Origin: Candidatus Liptonbacteria bacterium
GTDB taxonomy: Bacteria > Patescibacteriota > Minisyncoccia > UBA6257 > 2-01-FULL-56-20
Length of the DNA: 64,000 bases
Assembly: GCA_023244895.1 (NCBI GenBank)
Contig: JAHFLL010000001.1
Location: forward strand, 83,630 to 147,629
Reading direction: 5' to 3'
Part shown: positions 58,020 to 64,000 of the stretch, one piece after another
How positions within the stretch are numbered: position 1 is the stretch's first letter
Layout of the letters: each line of letters opens with the position of its first letter
Translations under genes and position numbers: made by a program
Notes under the pieces: model-generated
What the model was told of the DNA's origin: nothing
Seen by the model: the letters and a program-made list of their open reading frames with translations, nothing else
Databases searched by the model: none

Positions 58020-59555
58020 TTACTGTTTTATCGTTTCCAGAAACCTTGTGATAGCTGCCTTTAGCGCTGTTTCCGCCTCTTCGCTTACCTGACCACTTTC
58101 GCGGATGGGGGAGAGTATATCTTTCTCGTGGAATTTATTGAGATATTCCACGTAAAGCTTCTCGGTTTTCTTAACGTCCTCCAGCGGGATTTGGTCAAAG
58201 TGACCGTTTAAAGCCGCATAGAAGGTGGCCACCTGATACTCAAAAGAAATCGGAGCCAAGTCGTCCTGCTTCAAGATTTCGGTCATAAGCTGTCCCTGGT
58301 GAATGCGCTTCTTGGTTGCCTCGTCCACGTCGGAAGCGAACTGCACGAAAGCTTGTAACTCTCGGAATTGAGCAAGCGTAAGGCGCAACTTGCCAGCCAC
58401 TTTTTTCATGGCTTTGGTTTGCGCGGCGGAGCCTACGCGCGAAACAGAAAGACCTACGTTTACCGCCGGGCGAATACCTTGGTAGAACAAGTCGCTCTCC
58501 AAGAATATCTGACCGTCCGTGATAGAGATGACGTTAGTCGGAATGTAGGCGGAAATATCTCCCAATTGGGTTTCAATAATGGGCAGTGCCGTAAGCGACC
58601 CGCCACCTTTCTCCTTAGACATCTTGGCGGCGCGTTCCAGTAGGCGAGAGTGCAAATAAAATACGTCACCCGGGTATGCTTCCCGACCAGGCGGACGGCG
58701 AAGCAGGAGGGAAATTTGACGGTAGGCCCAAGCGTGCTTGGACAAGTCGTCATAAACTACCAGCGAATCTTCGCCCTTGTCGCGGAAATATTCGCCGATG
58801 GCGCAACCCGCGAAAGGGGCCAGATACCACATGGACGCGGGCGAGGAAGCAGGCGCGGAAACGACGATGGTGTATTTTAAAGCACCGCTCGCGCGCAACG
58901 TCTCCACAATCTTCGCAATTTTAGACTCTTTTTGACCAACCGCTACATATATACATATTGGGGTGCGCCGACCCGTGTCTTGTCCCTGATTGATAATCGT
59001 GTCCAGTGCCAACGCGGTTTTACCCGTTTGACGATCTCCAATGATAAGTTCGCGCTGTCCGCGCCCGATCGGAATCATGGAATCAATACTCTTCGTACCA
59101 GTGTGGAGGGGAGTGTTAACCCCCTCGCGCTCCAAAACGGAAGGCGCTTTATTCTCCAAATTATAACGTCCGGCAGACTTGCCTTTAGAAAAGATAGGGC
59201 CCTTGCCATCCAACGGTTGACCCAGCGGATCCACTACCCGACCCACCAGTTCATCGCCTACTTCAATAGAAAGAACCGTTCCGGTTCCGCGTACGAGATC
59301 GCCGCTTTTGATCGCGAGATAATCGTCCAAAATCAGCGCGCCGATAGTTTCCTCTTCCAGGTTTAGAGCCAGTGCTCGCCTTGGTCCCTCGTGAGTTTCA
59401 ATAGAGAGAAGCTCTTGGCTCATGGTTTGGCGGAGGCCGACAATCTTTACGATGCCGTCTCCAACCTCAATAACCTTACCGACCGTTTCCCATTCCGGTT
59501 TGTCTTCAAAGCTATCTATCTCGCGCTTTATTTTTTCTATGATTTCGTACGACAT
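58020..59555 (-). CDS. atpA: ATP synthase alpha subunit
   Basis: [23 protein letters not shown]. Confidence 0.98.
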   Translation of the reverse strand: MSYEIIEKIKREIDSFEDKPEWETVGKVIEVGDGIVKIVGLRQTMSQELLSIETHEGPRRALALNLEEETIGALILDDYLAIKSGDLVRGTGTVLSIEVGDELVGRVVDPLGQPLDGKGPIFSKGKSAGRYNLENKAPSVLEREGVNTPLHTGTKSIDSMIPIGRGQRELIIGDRQTGKTALALDTIINQGQDTGRRTPICIYVAVGQKESKIAKIVETLRASGALKYTIVVSAPASSPASMWYLAPFAGCAIGEYFRDKGEDSLVVYDDLSKHAWAYRQISLLLRRPPGREAYPGDVFYLHSRLLERAAKMSKEKGGGSLTALPIIETQLGDISAYIPTNVISITDGQIFLESDLFYQGIRPAVNVGLSVSRVGSAAQTKAMKKVAGKLRLTLAQFRELQAFVQFASDVDEATKKRIHQGQLMTEILKQDDLAPISFEYQVATFYAALNGHFDQIPLEDVKKTEKLYVEYLNKFHEKDILSPIRESGQVSEEAETALKAAITRFLETIKQ

Positions 59556-59557
59556 GT

Positions 59558-59941
59558 TTAGTAGTGGAATAATCTGTCTAATTTACGACGCAGTGAGAAA
59601 TCCAGTTGGGACTCCTCATCTAAGGTGATTTTAACTCCCGCAATCAATTCCGGATTTATCTTTTCTTCTACCGTATCTTTGGCGTGTACAAAGTGCAACA
59701 AAGACTTTTTTTGCGCTGGCGTAAGCGCGCGAGCGCTTTCAATCTCCACCTTGCGCTCGCCGGTCTTCACCCGGATTAGTTTTTCCGCCTGAGATATTAT
59801 TTTTCTGAGAGAGTTGCCGTCACCGTTCTTCGCGACCAGCTCCAAGAACTTCTTGGCCACAGCCTTGTGATGTTCCGCGCTCGTTTTGTTAGCGAGCGTC
59901 TCTACTAGCGCCGTAGCGTAATATTTGGGCTGGTATTTCAT
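59558..59941 (-). CDS. atpH: ATP synthase delta subunit (short)
   Basis: [19 protein letters not shown]; operon position. Confidence 0.85.
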   Translation of the reverse strand: MKYQPKYYATALVETLANKTSAEHHKAVAKKFLELVAKNGDGNSLRKIISQAEKLIRVKTGERKVEIESARALTPAQKKSLLHFVHAKDTVEEKINPELIAGVKITLDEESQLDFSLRRKLDRLFHY

Positions 59942-59945
59942 TGCT

Positions 59946-60443
59946 CTAGCTCAGTTTCTTTTTGGCCGCCTCGGCAATTAATTTTTCATCAATCGCCTTG
60001 GGGTCCATTTCGACCGTCTTAACCAAAACCGACTTCACGAAGCTGACTGCGTTCTTGTGTATCTCCTCCCGGGCCTCCTCCGCCTTGCCCGCGATTATCA
60101 TCTCCGCGTTTTTGAGGAGCTCGGCTTCCTTTTGCTTGGCTTGCAAGAGAAGTTCCGCCTCAAACTCCTTGGCTTTAATTTCCGTCTGGCGGAGCATGTC
60201 CAGTGCTTTCTGGTCAGCCTCTTTCATTTTGTGGACAGCAATAACATTCACCTCCGCTAGTTTTTGGTCCGCCTCTTCCGCCTTAGCCAGGCCCTCCTGT
60301 ATTTTTTTTCTCCTTTCTTCCAGGATACGCAAAATCGGCTTGTACGCGAATATGCGCAAAACCACGAGAAGAAGTAGAAAATTAGCGGCCTGGCTTAGAA
60401 ACAACCGCCAGTCTATGCCTAATTGATGAATTAAATCTGACAT
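59946..60443 (-). CDS. atpF: ATP synthase b subunit
   Basis: QAANFLLL..YKPI..LEERR..I, coiled coil. Confidence 0.93.
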   Translation of the reverse strand: MSDLIHQLGIDWRLFLSQAANFLLLLVVLRIFAYKPILRILEERRKKIQEGLAKAEEADQKLAEVNVIAVHKMKEADQKALDMLRQTEIKAKEFEAELLLQAKQKEAELLKNAEMIIAGKAEEAREEIHKNAVSFVKSVLVKTVEMDPKAIDEKLIAEAAKKKLS

Positions 60444-60460
60444 GAGTTAGCTGTTAGCTA

Positions 60461-60549
60461 CCCGAATCTACGAATTCATACGAACGACCCAAGGTGATTC
60501 GGGTAATTCGCCTGCCTGCCGGTAGGCAGGGATGTTTTTCGGGCTATTG
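60461..60549. repeat. CGAAT/ATTCG arrays with nested CCTGCCTGCCGGTAGGCAGG palindrome
   Basis: Palindrome at 60511-60530 interrupts the ATTCG array. Confidence 0.65.
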
Positions 60550-60556
60550 ATTGCTT

Positions 60557-60784
60557 TTAGACGAACTTAATAATGAGGGCGGTGACTAAGGCGTAAATAG
60601 CGATAGCTTCCGCGAAAGCCGCGGAAAGAATCATGGCCGTTTGAACCTTGGAAGCCGCTTCCGGGTTGCGTCCAATTGCATCCGCGGCATGAGAACCAAT
60701 CCAACCGATCGAGACCGCTGGGGCAATAGTACCAATAATAATGGTGCCCATAGTTGCCAGAAGTCGCACTGTTTCTGTTTCCAT
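60557..60784 (-). CDS. atpE: ATP synthase c subunit
   Basis: IGRNPEA, FAEAIAIYAL. Confidence 0.96.
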   Translation of the reverse strand: METETVRLLATMGTIIIGTIAPAVSIGWIGSHAADAIGRNPEAASKVQTAMILSAAFAEAIAIYALVTALIIKFV

Positions 60785-60982
60785 ATTGTTTTTAGTTTAT
60801 TTGATTAGTTTTCTCGACCTTTTTTGGCAATGTTTCAAAAGCGGGCATATTATATCAGGTTTAAACGCGTTTTTCAAATAATGATTTAATGAGCCTTCTC
60901 TGCATGTTCTTCGTGGCCCGTAAGTGCCGACATTCCATATTTATCAGGAGAAATAATCATGTGCGTGGAGTGGGGTTATTTG

Positions 60983-61837
60983 CTAGTGAGCAGGCTCATG
61001 CTTGGCATCTTCCGGGCCGTGGTGGTCGGTGATAGCTATGGCGACAAAAACCAGGGCGAGCATTGAGAAGATAAGGGCCTGGATGGCGCCCACAAATACT
61101 TCCAGGAATAAGAAGGGGAGTGGCACAAGATAGGGCGCCAAGAAACCTACGATAGCGAGCAGAACCTCTCCGGCAAAGATGTTGCCGAAAAGACGGAAGG
61201 AGAAAGAGATCATGCGTGCGCCCTCCGAAACTAATTCTATTATTCCCACAAAGAAATTGATGGGGTTGCTGAAGTTTAAGAACTTGCCCGCGTAGCGGAA
61301 TGCGCCGATTGCGAATGCCCCCAGGAGATTCACGGTCAGAACCGTTACTACTGCGAGCGCTAGGGTAAAGTTCAGATCCGCGGAGGGCGCGCGCAAGAGG
61401 GGCGCGGTTTCTTCGCCGTAGAACATTATGGAGCCCACGCCCGGCAAGAGACCGAACCAGTTAGAGAACATAACAAAGATAAAAATAGTGGCGATAAGCG
61501 GCAGATATTTTTCGGATTTACGCCGGTCGCCCAGGACGCTATCCATCATATCCAAGATAAATTCCAGGAAGAACTCAAAAACATTCTGCAGTTTTCCGGG
61601 AATTATCTTTATCTTTTTGCGCGCGAAAATGGCTATACTGGAGAACAAAACCAGGATTAGGGTGGCTAATATAAGAGAATTGGTCACGGCAAAAGAGCCG
61701 ATATGGAAAATGGGCTCCGCCTTAAGGGAGATGTGAGGTCCTCCGCCCTCATGCTCCACCTGAGTTGTTTGAGTTTCGGCTGAAAGTCCGGTTTCGGTAG
61801 GCATTTCTTTGATAGGTGTTTCTTGTCCCGCGGACAT
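60983..61837 (-). CDS. atpB: ATP synthase a subunit
   Basis: NWFGLLPG, SADLN, SFRLFGNIFAGE, IQA. Confidence 0.97.
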   Translation of the reverse strand: MSAGQETPIKEMPTETGLSAETQTTQVEHEGGGPHISLKAEPIFHIGSFAVTNSLILATLILVLFSSIAIFARKKIKIIPGKLQNVFEFFLEFILDMMDSVLGDRRKSEKYLPLIATIFIFVMFSNWFGLLPGVGSIMFYGEETAPLLRAPSADLNFTLALAVVTVLTVNLLGAFAIGAFRYAGKFLNFSNPINFFVGIIELVSEGARMISFSFRLFGNIFAGEVLLAIVGFLAPYLVPLPFLFLEVFVGAIQALIFSMLALVFVAIAITDHHGPEDAKHEPAH

Positions 61838-61938
61838 GTTAAAACTGGCATATTATATAGGAAAATCGGCCGATAATCAAATTTCTTGACACCTTGTTTT
61901 TAGAATGCAATATAAGAGGTAGTAACGGAGGCAGATAT

Positions 61939-62037
61939 ATGACCGTTTTTCAGGGAATCCTGGCAAACCTGTTTTGCCTCGTCGCGCTGGCGGGATTCAT
62001 GTCCTGGCTCTTGTTCGGTCCGCCAAGCAGAAGCTAA
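61939..62037 (+). CDS. Small single-TM protein MTVFQGILANLFCLVALAGFMSWLLFGPPSRS (32 aa)
   Basis: TTGACA upstream, GGAGG SD, hairpin ccggtccgc/gcggaccgg; not in the ORF track. Confidence 0.6.
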   Translation: MTVFQGILANLFCLVALAGFMSWLLFGPPSRS

Positions 62038-62118
62038 GCCCAAGCCAGTTGGTCCAAAGCCCCCGGTCCGCCCCAAAAGCGGACCGGACCTACTTTAATA
62101 ATATCTCACGGCGCGAGA

Positions 62119-63891
62119 CTAGTTTTGCTTTTCAAACTGCAGGTGGTAAAGGCGCTGATAGGTCGGACTTTTCTCCAGCAATTCCGAGTGAGTTCCCATT
62201 GCCTCTATCTCGCCATCTTCAAAAACCAAAATGCGATCCGCGTTCAAAATAGTTGAGAGACGATGAGCGATTATGATGGTGGTACGGTCTTTAATGAGGG
62301 CTTTGGTGGCTTGTTGAATCAGCCGTTCGCTTTCGGTATCAAGATTGCTGGTGGCTTCATCCAATATCAAGATGGACGGGTCGCGCAAAACCGCGCGGGC
62401 AATACCAACTCTTTGACGTTCTCCGCCGGATAATTTTAATCCGCGCTCGCCCACGATGGTTTCGTAGCCGTGTTCCGCGCGCATGATAAAATCATGCGCT
62501 AGTGCTATGCGGGCGGCGCGTGCAATTTCTTCTTTAGGAGTGTTTGGTTTGCCGTAAGCGATATTTTCCGCGATGGTGCGCGAGAATAAATCCACCTCCT
62601 GAGGCACTACCGCGATTTGGGCGCGCAAGCTGTCTTGGGTAACATCTCTTAAATCAAATCCGTCTATGCGGATGGAGCCCCGGGTGGGGTCGAAAGAGCG
62701 CAGGAGTAAGTTTATGAAGGTGGTCTTCCCGCTACCGCTCCGACCCACCAGCGCTACGGTGGACTTGGCCGGTATAACCAGGTTGAGATTTTTTATGGCC
62801 CAGCTACGCTTTTCCGCGTAGCGGAACCAAATGTCCCGAAACTCTATCTTCTCGTGCATAGTGGGCATGGTTATCGCGCCCAACTTGTCGTTTATGTGAA
62901 TAGGTTCGTCCAGCACCCCGTAGAGCCTTTCTACTCTGGTGATGTTGCGACGCAAGCGCGGGAAAACAATGGAAAGCTGCCAAAGCGGCGCATAGACCAT
63001 GTTTTGCAAGGAGATGAAGAGTACGAAGTCTCCGACCGTGGCTTGAGATTTTATGACTAAGAATCCTGCCAGGAAGATGACCGCGATTCTGCCCAAGGTA
63101 GATATACCAGCTTGAATATTATCCATTACCGCCCAGAGCCGCTCGGCCTCGTATTGAGTCTCGCGTGCCTTCGCGAGCAATCTCTTCTGATTGGAAGCTT
63201 CTTGCGCTTCTTGTGAGAACTTTTTGACCGTGAGCACGTTGGAAGCGATGTCATATGCTTCCTTGGAGACTTCCTCCATGTCCTCGTTCACTCTTTTTTC
63301 TATCTCATATATCCGCTGGGACAACCCCCGAATGGATAAAAGATAAACAGGGAAGGGCAGCGCGACCGTGAGCGCGATCCAGGGATTTTGCAGGAAAAGA
63401 ACTATAAAAGAAATGGTAAATAAAATAAGCGGAGGTACGAGATACTGTCCGAAAATATCGTTTATTATTATAAATACCGCCATCGCCCCGCGCTCAATAC
63501 GTCCCACAATCTGTCCGCTGGAGGAGTTATGATGAAATAGGGCATGTAGTCTCAAATGTTTTTCGGTAGCCTCCACCCGCACTTTGTCTTCGGTAAAGAT
63601 GGAAAGCTTGAAGAGATGATAGTCATAGGCAGACTTTGCCATTCGCCCAGCAACGGTCGCGAAGAAGATTCCGATTGAGGCATAGATCATTATCTCTATG
63701 GGGGTGCCGCCTCCGTTAAAGAATTTAATCATGCCATCCACAATATACTTGGACATAAAGGGCACGAAGATATCTAAGCCCGTGGCCCCAATGGCAAGCG
63801 CAATCAAAAACCAGACCCGGCGGGGATTTTCTAACGCCAGGCGCAAAGTCCTCTGGACCGCGCCTTCTTTTTTATTAATTTTATTAGTCAT
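62119..63891 (-). CDS. ABC exporter, fused permease/ATPase (MsbA-like)
   Basis: TM domain, GRSGSGKT, LSGGERQR, LDEATSNLD, IAHRLST. Confidence 0.93.
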   Translation of the reverse strand: MTNKINKKEGAVQRTLRLALENPRRVWFLIALAIGATGLDIFVPFMSKYIVDGMIKFFNGGGTPIEIMIYASIGIFFATVAGRMAKSAYDYHLFKLSIFTEDKVRVEATEKHLRLHALFHHNSSSGQIVGRIERGAMAVFIIINDIFGQYLVPPLILFTISFIVLFLQNPWIALTVALPFPVYLLSIRGLSQRIYEIEKRVNEDMEEVSKEAYDIASNVLTVKKFSQEAQEASNQKRLLAKARETQYEAERLWAVMDNIQAGISTLGRIAVIFLAGFLVIKSQATVGDFVLFISLQNMVYAPLWQLSIVFPRLRRNITRVERLYGVLDEPIHINDKLGAITMPTMHEKIEFRDIWFRYAEKRSWAIKNLNLVIPAKSTVALVGRSGSGKTTFINLLLRSFDPTRGSIRIDGFDLRDVTQDSLRAQIAVVPQEVDLFSRTIAENIAYGKPNTPKEEIARAARIALAHDFIMRAEHGYETIVGERGLKLSGGERQRVGIARAVLRDPSILILDEATSNLDTESERLIQQATKALIKDRTTIIIAHRLSTILNADRILVFEDGEIEAMGTHSELLEKSPTYQRLYHLQFEKQN

Positions 63892-64000
63892 AAATTTTAT
63901 GTTTAGCCCATCGACCCATGGGATTTTTGCCAAAACAAGTATTAACACCCCTCGCCTAGAAGGGGGTCAATATGCCGTTTGGCATGCCTTATGTAACGAA

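Overview
Core-genome window from a reduced bacterium, most likely Patescibacteria/CPR (Parcubacteria-like), read with genetic code 11. The taxonomic call is an inference from rplK without rplA, shortened AlaRS/ThrRS/AtpC, DUF4012, a baseplate-J-like protein and mostly leaderless core genes. Housekeeping content: gyrB, secE-nusG-rplK, tmk, gatB, miaA, thrS, serS, alr, lepA, dnaG-rpoD, alaS, infA-rpmJ-rpsMKD-rpoA-rplQM-rpsI, rpmB, valS, tsaD, a full atpBEFHAGDC operon, znuBC-like and other ABC genes, tRNA-Gly(CCC) and tRNA-Pro(GGG). The most interesting signals lie between these genes: (1) a leaderless Thr-rich leader peptide (MTVEIRKTTTATTTPP) with antiterminator/terminator geometry upstream of thrS; (2) a second class of small, GC-rich, SD-led orphan genes, most with their own promoter and 3' hairpin, including a tandem array of five units at 12.2-14.5 kb; (3) several stand-alone structured RNA candidates, including a compact 6S-like rod; (4) 7-nt tandem arrays that begin at stop codons, plus palindromic repeats, some inserted in frame into miaA, tsaD and valS; (5) an ASCH-like domain inserted into ValRS. 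No CRISPR, transposase, integrase or rRNA was seen. All structures and family calls were made by eye; no searches or folding programs were run.
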